A stretch of 63,771 nucleotides of DNA, filler included, from Stramenopiles sp. TOSAG23-2 (Eukaryota): the NCBI GenBank assembly GCA_900128395.1. It is 24 parts of 24 records of this genome, joined end to end, with 100 filler letters (N's around TTAATTAATTAA, not from the genome) between each part and the next. Parts side by side here need not be neighbours in the genome. Positions count along the whole stretch, not along the records: positions 50,661 to 53,204 come from LT651663.1; positions 53,305 to 55,848 come from LT651664.1; positions 55,949 to 58,490 come from LT651665.1; positions 58,591 to 61,131 come from LT651666.1; positions 61,232 to 63,771 come from LT651667.1; 19 more parts are not named here. One strand, written 5' to 3'. The position numbers were made by a program, and so were the translations under genes. How positions within the stretch are numbered: the first letter of the stretch is position 1; each line of letters starts with the position of its first letter. This document shows, in pieces, positions 50,561-62,185 of the stretch. Below the pieces are notes generated by a model that saw only the letters and a program-made list of their open reading frames with translations, had not been told where the DNA came from and ran no database searches.

Positions 50561-51793
50561 NNNNNNNNNNNNNNNNNNNNNNNNNNNNNNNNNNNNNNNN
50601 NNNNTTAATTAATTAANNNNNNNNNNNNNNNNNNNNNNNNNNNNNNNNNNNNNNNNNNNNTACAAATATTCGATGTTAGTTTGGATCAATTACAAATCAG
50701 CATATATAGAAGAGAAAAAAGATTATTGATTGATCACCACGATTTACATTTATTTACTTACAGACTAAAATCATATTGATCAAATCAATATATCATATCA
50801 AGCCAACAAAGTACATTATAATACAAACAATACAATGATAATAAACAAATATCACATAATACAAATATTCGATGTTAGTTTGGATCAATTATAAATCAGC
50901 ATATAGAAAAAATTATTGATTGATCAACATCAATTTACATTTATTTACTTACACCCTAAATCATATTGATCAAATCAATAACATATCAAGCCAACCAAGT
51001 ACATAAAATGACAAATAATACAATGATTAAACAAATCACATAATACAAACATTCGATGTTAGTTTGGATCAATTACAAATCAGCATATAGAAGAGGAGAT
51101 TATTAAATGATTGATCAACATCATTTACATTTATTTACTTACAGACTAAATTCATATTGATCAAATCAATAACATATCAAGCCAACGAAGTACATTATAA
51201 TACAAACAATACAATGATTAAACAAATCACATAATACAAATATTCGATGTTAGTTTGGATCAATTACAAATCATCATATAGAAGAGAAAGAAGATTATTG
51301 ATTGATTGATCAACATCATTTACATTTATTTACTTACTTTCTAAATCATATTGATCAAATCAATAACATATCAAGCCAACCAAGTATATTATAATACAAA
51401 TAATACAATGATTAAACAAATCACATAATACAAACATTCGATGTTAGTTTGGATCAATTACAAATCAGCATATAGAAGAGCAATACAATGATTAAACAAA
51501 TCACATAGTACAAATATTCGATGTTAGTTTGGATCAATTACAAATAAGCATATAGAAAAGATTATTGATTGATCACCACGATTTACATTTATTTACTTAC
51601 AGACTAAATTCATATTGATCAAATCAATAACATATCAAGCCAACGAAGTACATTATAATACAAACAATACAATGATTAAACAAATCACATAATACAAACA
51701 TTCGATGTTAGTTTGGATCAATTACAAATCAGCATATATAGAAGAGAAAGAAGATTATTGATTGATCAACATCATTTACATTTATTTACTTAC

Positions 51794-51862
51794 AGCCGCA
51801 TTACCTGATACGACACTGTTACTTAAACTCAGTGTACCACCGTCTATAAAAAATCCTCCACC
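51794..51862 (-). CDS. 69-nt phase-0 exon encoding one Pmp-like / right-handed beta-helix repeat (GGGFFIDGGTLSLSNSVVSGNAA)
   Basis: Preceded by CTAAC..AAAAG, followed by GTAAGT; exactly 23 codons with no stop; GGGxxI..GGTLxLxNSxVSGNxA pattern. Confidence 0.85.
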
Positions 51863-52301
51863 CTTTTAATACGTATATATAATGTTAGTTTGGATCAATT
51901 ACAAATCAGCATATAGAAGAGCGAAGTACATTATAATACAAACAATACAATGATTAAACAAATCACATAGTACAAATATTCGATGTTAGTTTGGATCAAT
52001 TACAAATCACCATATAGAAGAGATTATTGATTGATCACCACGATTTACATTTATTTACTTACACCCTAAATCATATTGATCAAATCAATAACATATCAAG
52101 CCAACGAAGTACATTATAATACAAACAATACAATGATGAACAAATATCACATAATACAAATATTCGATGTTAGTTTGGATCAATTACAAATCACCATATA
52201 GAAGAGAAGATTATTGATTAATCAACACGATTTACAATTATTTACTTACATCCTAAATCATATTGATCAAATCAATAACATATCAAGCCAACGAAGTACA
52301 T

Positions 52302-52540
52302 AAAATACGTTGTATAAACCAATTGTACGAGAAACGCGTAAATTTAATCCATTGAGAATACCAAAAAAATTAGAACGAGCATTGCCATATAAAACTAAAC
52401 CAAAAGTCAATAAAAAGAAACGTAAAAACAATAAAACGAGCGAATTGTCTAAAGCAACTGCCGTTATTATGGAGCCAAAAGAACGTAAAATGTATACCAT
52501 GATGCAACAATTACGTACCGTTCGTAATGTGAAGACAAAA
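52302..52540 (+). pseudogene. BMS1: Captured fragment of the BMS1 ribosome-biogenesis GTPase C-terminus inside an array intron
   Basis: NTLYKPIVRETRKFNPLRIPKKLERALPYKTKPK...AVIMEPKERK; no ATG start and both ends fused to repeat sequence. Confidence 0.85.
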
Positions 52541-54011
52541 TAATACAAATATTCGATGTTAGTTTGGATCAATTACAAATCACCATATAGAAGAGAAGAA
52601 TATTGATTTATCAACATCATTTCCATTTATTTACTTACATACTAAATCATATTGATCAAATCAATAACATACCAAGCCAACGAAGTACATTATAATACAA
52701 ACAATACAATGATTATAAACAAATCACATAATACAAACATTCGATGTTAGTTTGGATCAATTACAAATCAGCATATAGAAAAGATTATTGATTGATCACC
52801 ACGATTTACATTTATTTACTTACACCCTAAATCATATTGATCAAATCAATAACACATCAAGCCAACGAATCACATTATAATACAAACAATACAATGATGA
52901 ACAAATATCACATAATACAAATATTCGATGTTAGTTTGGATCAATTACAAATCACCATATAGAAGAGAAGATTATTGATTGATCACCACGATTTACGTTT
53001 ATTTACTTACACCCTAAATCATATTGATCAAATCAATAACATTATCAAGAATAATACAAATATTCGATGTTAGTTTGGATCAATTACAAATCACCATATA
53101 GAAAAGATTATTGATTGATCACCACGATTTACATTTATTTACTTACACCCTAAATCATATTGATCAAATCAATAACATATCAAGCCAACGAAGTACATAA
53201 AATANNNNNNNNNNNNNNNNNNNNNNNNNNNNNNNNNNNNNNNNNNNNTTAATTAATTAANNNNNNNNNNNNNNNNNNNNNNNNNNNNNNNNNNNNNNNN
53301 NNNNCACTGCTATTATTATTATTACTATTATTATTATTATTACTATCACTATTATTATCTGGACGACTATTAGAAGAAGACTTTGGTACGTCAATGGTTA
53401 ACGATGCCATAATCAATGTTTATTATTGTATGTATAATATATATAAATAATATATATATATATTCTTGTATATCTGGTAAGACGAAAGAAGAATTAAATA
53501 AAAAATCAGTTGGTTAAAACTGAATGTATCGGATGACTTGTTCTTTCTATTCATATATATGTGTATATATAGAGAGAAATCTGTTTATTTAATATATTTA
53601 TTATTTTTTGTATTTGTTAGTAAAAATGCAATGATAATACGTGTTATTTATTGATGATCAGGTTGTTTTTATGTTTTCCTCATCATTTTAATTTTTCGTC
53701 ACAAACAAGGTGGAATTATAAGTACAGACGTTAGAATACCATATCTATGACATTAAATTCCAATTTGAATTTAATTCCAAAAACACCTTAAAAATAAAAA
53801 TCTTTAAAAATCACCCACACCAAAAATAAAAATATATATCCTTTTATCAAATGAAATAAAGAGAGGCACACACAGAGGTATATATTTTCATTTTCAAACA
53901 ACGTGTTACATTATATTCAATATAAGAAGTAACACAGATCTCCAAAAGAAAATATATTTAAAAGCGTTGATTAAGATACATTCATAAATACAAGTCTGTA
54001 TAAGAACGATA

Positions 54012-55532
54012 ATGATGATTAATACAATACGACAAAAGATAAAAAGTGCCATGTCTTTCCAACTTGGATATAATAACAAATTATTGCCATCAGCAATAAT
54101 TTCAAAGAAATCAATATCAACAACTACTGTAGCATGTAGTAATAATAATAATAAGTCATCTTCTCATATTAAAACAACATTTGAAAAGAATGTAATGGCG
54201 ACATATGGAAGATTTGATATTTGTTTAGATCATGGGAATGGTACATATGTACATGATGTAAAAGGCAAGAAGTATTTAGATATAGGTGGTGGTATAGCTG
54301 TAAATGCATTAGGACATGCTCATCCAGAAATTGTAAAAACAATCCATGAACAAGCATCAAAACTTATACATTGTTCCAATTTATATTATACTGAATCACA
54401 AGGCAATTTAGCAAATCGTTTGATTGAATATTTAGGTGAAGATGGCAAAGTTTTTTTCAGTAATAGTGGCGCAGAAGCAAATGAAGGTTTATACAAATTA
54501 GCACGTGCATATGGCCAAGAGTCAAAACGACATAAAATTATTACTGCAACGAATTCATTTCATGGCCGGACGTTAGGTGGAATTGCAGCTACAGGACAAG
54601 ATAAAATAAAAAAAGGATTTTATCCAATGATCGATGGATTTGACCACGTGCCATTTAATGATTTAAATGCAATGGAAAATACTATTGATGATCAAACTTC
54701 TGCTATTTTAATTGAAGGGATACAAGGGGAAGGTGGTGTAACACCAGCAACACCAGAATATCTATTAGGTTTACGAAAATTATGTGATGAAAAAAATATT
54801 TTATTAATGTTTGATAGTGTTCAATGTGGTCATTTTCGATCTGGTAGATTTCAATCTTATCAACGAATTTTAGAAGATATTGAAAATACATTTCAACCAG
54901 ATGCTATTTCCATGGCTAAATCATTAGGTGGCGGAATACCAATTGGAGCATTTTGGGTAAAAGAGAAACATAGTTCATTACTTAGTGCTGGTATGCATGG
55001 TACAACATATGGTGGTAATCCATTATCATGTTCCATTGCTTTGACAATCTTAGATGTGTAAGTATGAATCTGAGTTTTAAAAAAGTATCTTTTTTATTTT
55101 CTTTTAAGCTTTCTCTTTTTCACTTCATGTCTATATACATGTATATCTAACATTTTGTTTTTATTTTTTTTCATATGCAGTATTGAAAAGGAAAATTTAG
55201 AAGAAAATGTACGTAATGTTGGAGATTTTTTTCTAAAAGAAATTGGAGAGAATTTACAAAAAATATATCCAGAAGTAATTGATGGTATTCAAGGTATGGG
55301 TTGTATGTTGGGTATACGTTTAAAACAAGCAAATGAAATCCCACGTTTTTCAAGACATTCAGAAACAACCTCTGCAATTCAGTTTGTCAATGCATTACAT
55401 GATGTAGGTGTATTAACTGTACCAGCTGGTGAAAATATTGTTCGTTTATTACCACCATTGAATATACAAAAAAATGAAATGAATGAAGCATTAGATCATA
55501 TTGAAACCGTTTGCAAAATTAGTATGGTATAG
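54012..55532 (+). CDS. argD: Acetylornithine aminotransferase with transit peptide; intron 55058-55180
   Basis: YLDIGGGIAVNALGHAHP, FFSNSGAEANE, SFHGRTLG, QGEGG, MAKSLGGGIPIGA, HGTTYGGNPL; a GTAAGT..CTAAC..TGCAG intron joins LDV|IEKENL in frame. Confidence 0.93.
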
Positions 55533-56063
55533 GGATAGGGAAAAAACCTTTTTGCATTTTTTTAAATGTTTTTTTGATGGAGAGATAGAGTAAAACGAGG
55601 GGTTACTGTAAAAAGATTTGTGTGCGTGTGTAATAATAATTTCTTTTACGCGCGAAAATATTTTATTTTTTGACCTTGTGTTTGTATTAAAAAATTTATT
55701 TTATATCTTTTATTAAAATTTATTTAAATCCCTCTAAATGCTCGTCCGAAGGTTTCATTTTACGAAATACAAGTTATTTACTCTCCATTTAATAACCATA
55801 AAAATGTACTTGCACTTGCAATTTGCACACGGATATGTGCCCTATGTGNNNNNNNNNNNNNNNNNNNNNNNNNNNNNNNNNNNNNNNNNNNNTTAATTAA
55901 TTAANNNNNNNNNNNNNNNNNNNNNNNNNNNNNNNNNNNNNNNNNNNNTTTGATGCCTGAAATTCTGCTATCCCTAATTTCTGAAAACAAGAAATGTCAA
56001 AATAATTTTGCCAATTGATAGTAAAAATAGTATACTAGTGGAGCCTAAGTTTAAAAAGGTATT

Positions 56064-56176
56064 TTCAATGATTTTCCTTTGTTTTCATGTAATGAAATGA
56101 AAAATCCATCACTATAACAATGAATTACTAAAAATTAGGTTGAAAATACTACTTTTAATGAAATTTGATGGAAAAT
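56064..56176. repeat. Dispersed repeat, homologue of 26501-26616
   Basis: Reverse-complement similarity to 26501-26616. Confidence 0.8.
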
Positions 56177-56689
56177 ATGCGCATTCCCATTGTTATTATT
56201 GTTATTATTTTAAAAACATTTGCGTTTACTTCCCAGCGTTTATTGTCTCTTCTTGTTTTGATTTCTTACTATTATTACTAGTATAGACTAATATTACTAT
56301 TAACACTAGGTATAATGTATAATATACCAGATAAAGCTACCACCTGTAGTAGTTACTAGAGCTAGCTGGATATAGCCAGCCAGCCAGGATACCAGATGAT
56401 AGCTGCTGTCGTTTCAACTACTGATTATATTATTGTGGCAAACCAGCAAACAACATTCTTCTACTTCTGTTGATGTATTGTTGTGATGATATACTTTAAA
56501 CGGCAAAACAATAAACACAAATGTATATATCTTAAGTGCTTTCGATTCAGTCGAGTATTATACATATATACATAATCAGGATTTTGCACACATAGCTGGG
56601 CCCATCTGTCTCACTCTATACGCATACACATGCATACACATATGAAATATATTTGTTAATTTGTGAAATAATTTACAAAGCAATTAATA

Positions 56690-58490
56690 ATGCGGACAAA
56701 GAAAAGAAGCAGTAATATACAATTAAGAAGTCCAAAAAGTCCAAAAACGTCACCGCCGAAGTCGTATGGTAAGAACAGAAGTAATAAAAAGCATCGATTT
56801 TTAACTCATGTGTTTAAACCCGTGCAAGTTTCTGGTTCAACTAATATGAACATATGTCAAAGTGTAGATTTTTATACATATACGTCATCACCAAAAATAC
56901 ACATTGGTAAACAGAAATATTTAAAAGAACGTAAGTACAATCACAAACAATTATCCATTATCCATGTCCTCTTTTTTTCCTAGGTGATATTTTTCTAGAA
57001 TATAGAAAGGACTAACAGGAAACATCAATTGCTATTTACAACATAGGCGCTCCATGGTTTTCTAATTTAATTGATTCTAATTTTAAAGAACCAGAGACGT
57101 GGGAAGTAGTGGATAAAAACAGTCTAGGTGAACTAACAGACGAAGACTGGTTAGTAAAGGAAAAAAATGCATCCGTACGTTTATGCAATAAATTAAAGAA
57201 CATAATACAGAAAAATAACGAGATTCAAGAATCTACTGTAAAAATTCAAAGTTTACAACGAGCTAGAAAGGCTCGCCGTGTGTATCAAGAGACAAAAGAA
57301 TCTACAGATGCAGCAATTAAAATACAAGCTATACAACGCGGGCGTAAAGCAAGAGCAAAGCAAATACAAGATAAAAATATAGTATTAGAAAGGCCAAAAA
57401 AAATTGCATTACGCCAAGCAAGAAAAACGGGTTCAATACGTTCTGTAAAAGAAGAAATAAATATGATAAACGAGAAAGAAACGAAAAAGAAAGAGTACGC
57501 AGCAACCAAACTACAAGCGTTACATCGTGGCAGAGATGCACGCAAAAATGTCAATCTGAAGAAGAAGAATACACTAACCGTAAATACTGATGAAATTAAT
57601 AGGACTAAAAATATACGACAAGCAAATCAACGCGGTGCACGAGTTTTAACCCCACATGAAATTCGTATGAAAAAAATTGCTGCAGTGGAAAAACGTATAA
57701 ATGCTGACTACGAAGAATTAGGTAGAGAAAAACTAGATGAGAAGGACAGCAACAAGGCACTGTTGGAGGAAAAAGACCAGCACGATGCTGCAATCAAGCT
57801 TCAAGCTTTACAGCGTGGAAGGGATGCACGGAAAAGCATATCAGAAAAACAAAAACAAAGAGAAAAGGAAAATGCTGGTATACGTGAAATAATATCAATT
57901 AGGGATACAATGAATGATGATGATAATAATAATACTAATAATGGTGATAAAAATATCAAGGAAGAACAGCCAAAGATAACACCAGAATGGACTTTGAGTC
58001 CAAACACTATGGAAGACAAAATCGAAGGATTATTTCAATTTATTCAAAGGGTGGATGATGATAATTATGATTCTTATATAGGCAGTTCTTTGCTCTCTAT
58101 TCCACGTAAACAACTATTAGAATTGGTAGAGAAACACAGAAATAGAATTGATAATTATTTGAAACAAGATGAATTTTTAAAAACCTTTATATTAGGTCCA
58201 AATTTAAGTTTGTCATTAACAAGTAAATATAAATCCATGCAAATCAATGTAACACCAAAGATGATAAATGAACTATTAACCGCACAACAAGTTCTTGCAC
58301 CGAGACTTGAAATAACAGGGGAACATAGCAATCACTTCGCAATTCATGCAATTGACCATGAGGAACCAAGTAACGAGAGCAATGTTCATGATAAAAAGCG
58401 TAAGAAACATAAAAAAGATAAGAAGAAGAAGAAGCATAAAAAAGAGAAAAAGGAAAAAAAAAGTAAAAAAGATAAAAAAAAAAAGAAAAG
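56690..58490 (+). CDS. IQ-motif calmodulin-binding protein; 5' exon structure unresolved, 3' truncated
   Basis: KIQSLQRARKAR, KIQAIQRGRKAR, KLQALHRGRDAR, KLQALQRGRDAR; probable first exon 56690-~56930. Confidence 0.75.
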
Positions 58491-58590
58491 NNNNNNNNNN
58501 NNNNNNNNNNNNNNNNNNNNNNNNNNNNNNNNNNTTAATTAATTAANNNNNNNNNNNNNNNNNNNNNNNNNNNNNNNNNNNNNNNNNNNN

Positions 58591-59010
58591 TCTGTTGTAA
58601 GTGATGTAAAAAAATATAATAAATTTGTTCCATGGTGTATCGGTTCAAAAATTGTTAAAGGTCCAATCGAGTTTAAAAATAATGATAATGTGAAACATAT
58701 TAAAATTGATGCAGAACTTGCTATTGGTTTTAATTTTGTATCGGAAAAGTATATATCGCATGTTCAAATGCATCCAAACGAATCTATACGCGCTGTATCG
58801 CGGGATACAACCGTTTTTGAAAGACTTTTAACAGAATGGAAATTCAAACCAGGTGATAAACCAAATACATGTGAAATAAATTTTTTCATTGATTTTAAGT
58901 TTAGTAATTTATTGTATGCTCAAGTGAGTACAATATTTTTTGATGAAGTAGTGAAAGAAATGGTGAGTGCATTTGAGGAAAGATGTGAGGAAGTGGAAGA
59001 AAATATATAA
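58591..59010 (+). CDS. COQ10: Coenzyme Q-binding START-domain protein, 5' truncated
   Basis: VVSDVKKYNKFVPWC, AELAIGF...EKYISHV, FERLLTEWKF.PG, FFDEVVKEMVSAFEERC. Confidence 0.9.
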   Translation, partial: SVVSDVKKYNKFVPWCIGSKIVKGPIEFKNNDNVKHIKIDAELAIGFNFVSEKYISHVQMHPNESIRAVSRDTTVFERLLTEWKFKPGDKPNTCEINFFIDFKFSNLLYAQVSTIFFDEVVKEMVSAFEERCEEVEENI

Positions 59011-59262
59011 GAGAAGAAGAGAGGAAAACAAGTATTAAAAGATGTAAAATATGACACTCTAAAATATATATAATATATTATATATACACTCGTAATTATT
59101 ATTTCGTATATATTCGTATAAAAAAGAGGATATCATATATCATATGATACGAAGTTCGTGTATGATATTCGTATGCATAATATTATATATTCGTACGAGT
59201 ATATTTATGTACACACAAAAATACGCATCATGATACATCATATGCATAGAACACAGACACAT

Positions 59263-60681
59263 TTACTTGAACAAAACAATATACAGACTAATCGTGATTT
59301 GAAAGATTGCTACGCTCGTATAAATACGATAATTCGATACTTGATAATATGATAATATATCCATCAAAAAGTGTAAGTAAAACCATTTATACGTATACAA
59401 TGCTACTGCAAGTGTGAATATACATTTTAAAAATCCATAGAAACTTAATGATTTTGAGGATGGTGATGATGTTTCATACAATGTATCAATATATTTTTGC
59501 TGTAAAGCAATTCTAACATCTTCTCGATCTACCTCTTTTGGATTAAAATGCATAGCTGGTAAGCATCGAATACTTACTTGACCAGGTGAAATGAAAAATC
59601 TTTGTCTAGGCCATAATTCGTAACCACCATATACAACAACAGGAATAAATGGTGCACCAGTTTGCATTTGCTAACATATATATATATATATATATCATAC
59701 CATATGTTCATATACACATATATATATTTTATTAATTTTGTTAGAGATATTGCAGCATATTTCAGATTTTATTAAGAGTATATATATAAAAGAGGGACAA
59801 TGCTGCATTATATATGTAATGAAAAGTTTACATACCATATGAAAAACACCTTTTTTAAATGGTAAACGCAAATTACCATCATCAGTTCTTGTACCTTCTG
59901 GAAAGATACATAATGCTCTTCGTTGTCTTTTAATAACATTATCTACTGCATGATTCATAGAAGCAACTGCTTTCGTTCGTTTCTTTCTATTCAATAATAT
60001 ATGTCCTTGTAAAAAAGCCATCCAACCTAAAATAGGAATATGAAATAATACTTTTTTTGCTATAAATTTCGGCATAAATGGACTTAAATGTGGTCCAATA
60101 ACAAATCCATCTAAATTTGATGTATGGTTCACCACTACAAAACCTCCTTCTCCAGCTTTCCAACCACTATTTCCATTATCATCAATTACTTTTACATCAA
60201 TAAATGCAGCTGCTAATAATGGTGTCCAAAAGCCATAACGACAAACCAAACCTTCAACTTGCATGGAAGGTGGTACACCGCATCTTTGTAATAGTGGATC
60301 TAATATCCAACTAATAGGTGCAAAGAAACAGATGATAAAACCACCACATAGGAAAACTATTAGCAATAGAATTAATCGAACGACTGTAAATATAACGTCT
60401 AAACATGAAATTTTTGTTGCATCCACTTTAAAAACTTTACGTAATTCATCGATTTTATTTATTTTATCGTTCATAGAATCTTTTTCATCTGGGTATAAAA
60501 GTATTGCACGTTCCATATCTTGCCTCAAATTAGCATATTCTTTAAAAAGCTGCATTTTACCATTTGATTTTGGACCATTTCCCATTGATTCTGCTATGGA
60601 TTTAGTGATACATTTATCTTTCAAATCTTGCATCCTTTCCGATAATTGTTCTAACATTTTCTTTTTATCCGACATATTCAT
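59263..60681 (-). CDS. 1-acyl-sn-glycerol-3-phosphate acyltransferase (PlsC/LPAAT); intron 59671-59835
   Basis: NHTSNLD, FIAKK, FPEGTR, PFKKGVFHM|QMQTGAPFIPVV; GTATGT..CTAAC..TTAG intron. Confidence 0.9.
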
Positions 60682-61391
60682 TAATAATAACAAACTGTAA
60701 AAATAAAAAATTAATATATAATTTAATTTATATTATAATATTGCAAATTCTTATTTCTTTCGTGCGCTTTATATATATATATATATAAGATATATATATA
60801 CCGTATATCGTTTTGACAAGAATATGTATATAGTTAAGTACTATCAATGCAATTGGTATGATAATAATAATTTTTGAAAGATATAAGATTATATACAGTC
60901 TATAATGAAAAATTCAAGAGTATATATATATATATTTTAATTTTGCACTTGGTGCCTCTAAGAGACTTTTCCAACTGTCGTCTGTAGATTTGTGCGATTC
61001 AATCCTTTTCTGGCCTTCCAGCCTTCCAGCCTTCACTTTACAAAACATGCAAAACTGAACACTTAACAAATTAACAAAATAACACCATTCACTATGGGTT
61101 ATATCGTTTTCTAAAATGCCAATTTTGGTTCNNNNNNNNNNNNNNNNNNNNNNNNNNNNNNNNNNNNNNNNNNNNTTAATTAATTAANNNNNNNNNNNNN
61201 NNNNNNNNNNNNNNNNNNNNNNNNNNNNNNNCGTCTTGTCAACTCGTCACTTGACGAAGATGCTGAATTAAAAATAGAAGCTAAACTTGGATGAGATAAC
61301 ATTTTTCTACCATTTGGAATTTTACTTAAATTCCGAGCCATTTCACAAAGATGTAATGTAATTTCTTCTTCACCGTTAGCGTAATGCAGAG

Positions 61392-61700
61392 ATGAGAGCA
61401 CGTTTAAAAGCCGCAAAACAAAAAGGAGGAGATTCGAAAGGTTTATCAAAGGAAGTATTGGAACAAAGACGAAAGATTGCGGAACAATCTAAAAGAGATA
61501 AAGCAGAAGAAAAAGCAAGATTAGCAAAAAGTTGGAAAGAACAAAAAAAGAAATTGGATGAAATGCCACCAGGTGATGAGCATGGTCTTAGTGATGAAGT
61601 ATTGGCACAAAGAAGAAAAGTTGAAGAAGATAGAAAAGCGTCAAAGCAACGAGAAGCAGAAGCACTTCGACGACGTAATGAAAAATTAGGATATGCTTAA
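61392..61700 (+). CDS. Coiled-coil protein fragment with repeated GLSxEVLxQRRK motif
   Basis: Two internal repeats; 5' end unresolved. Confidence 0.55.
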   Translation: MRARLKAAKQKGGDSKGLSKEVLEQRRKIAEQSKRDKAEEKARLAKSWKEQKKKLDEMPPGDEHGLSDEVLAQRRKVEEDRKASKQREAEALRRRNEKLGYA

Positions 61701-62185
61701 AAAAAAAAGGCACACGCGACAGAGGACATATTTTGTACGAAGTAATTTTTTATTTGAGAGAAGGTACTGTGTGAAGATAAAAAAAGATTTTAAAAAAATA
61801 CTAATCCCGCGCCGTAAAAATGTAAATATGAAGAGATAACACTGCGTAATAATACATGCATATTACATATATCACATACTTCGTACTTGATTTCTCAATC
61901 TTTTTGTGTTTTTATTATAATTTGAACCTCTATGTAATCATACATTTAATATACTTTTTACACATGTGTACGCAAATTTACGAAATAGATGCACACCACA
62001 TCCACTATACTCTTTTCTCCCTTTTAGTTTCAATTTATTTAAAACTTTCTCTTTTTCTTTATATAAAAAATTTATTATTCGATTTAATATTACCAACTTT
62101 GGTATTTTATCAAAGAAAGAAAAAAATATTTATATACATATTTAAATCTTGTGGTGCAACGATATATATATACTAATACGACAAC

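Larger units (their letters stand above)
50661..53204 (-). repeat. Tandem array of ~185-bp near-identical spliceosomal introns separated by 3-nt micro-exons
   Basis: Minus-strand unit GTAAGTAAATAAATG...AAACTAAC...(no AG for ~100 nt)...ATGATTTAG; micro-exons at 53147-9 GGT, 53011-3 GGT, 52824-6 GGT, 52639-41 TAT, 52250-2 GAT, 52063-5 GGT, 51601-3 TCT, 51338-40 AAA, 51143-5 TCT, 50953-5 GGT, 50762-4 TCT. Confidence 0.88.

Noticed and set aside
52310-52543. Functional stand-alone 77-aa gene
   Set aside because: TTG start, stop supplied by repeat sequence, and only an internal piece of BMS1.
50661-53204. CRISPR-like array with captured spacers
   Set aside because: Units are directly tandem with only 3-nt variable parts, no cas genes are present, and splice signals explain the structure better.
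2578-61231. Periodic TTAATTAATTAA motif and any gene clusters spanning it
   Set aside because: Artificial concatenation linkers; adjacency across them is not biological.
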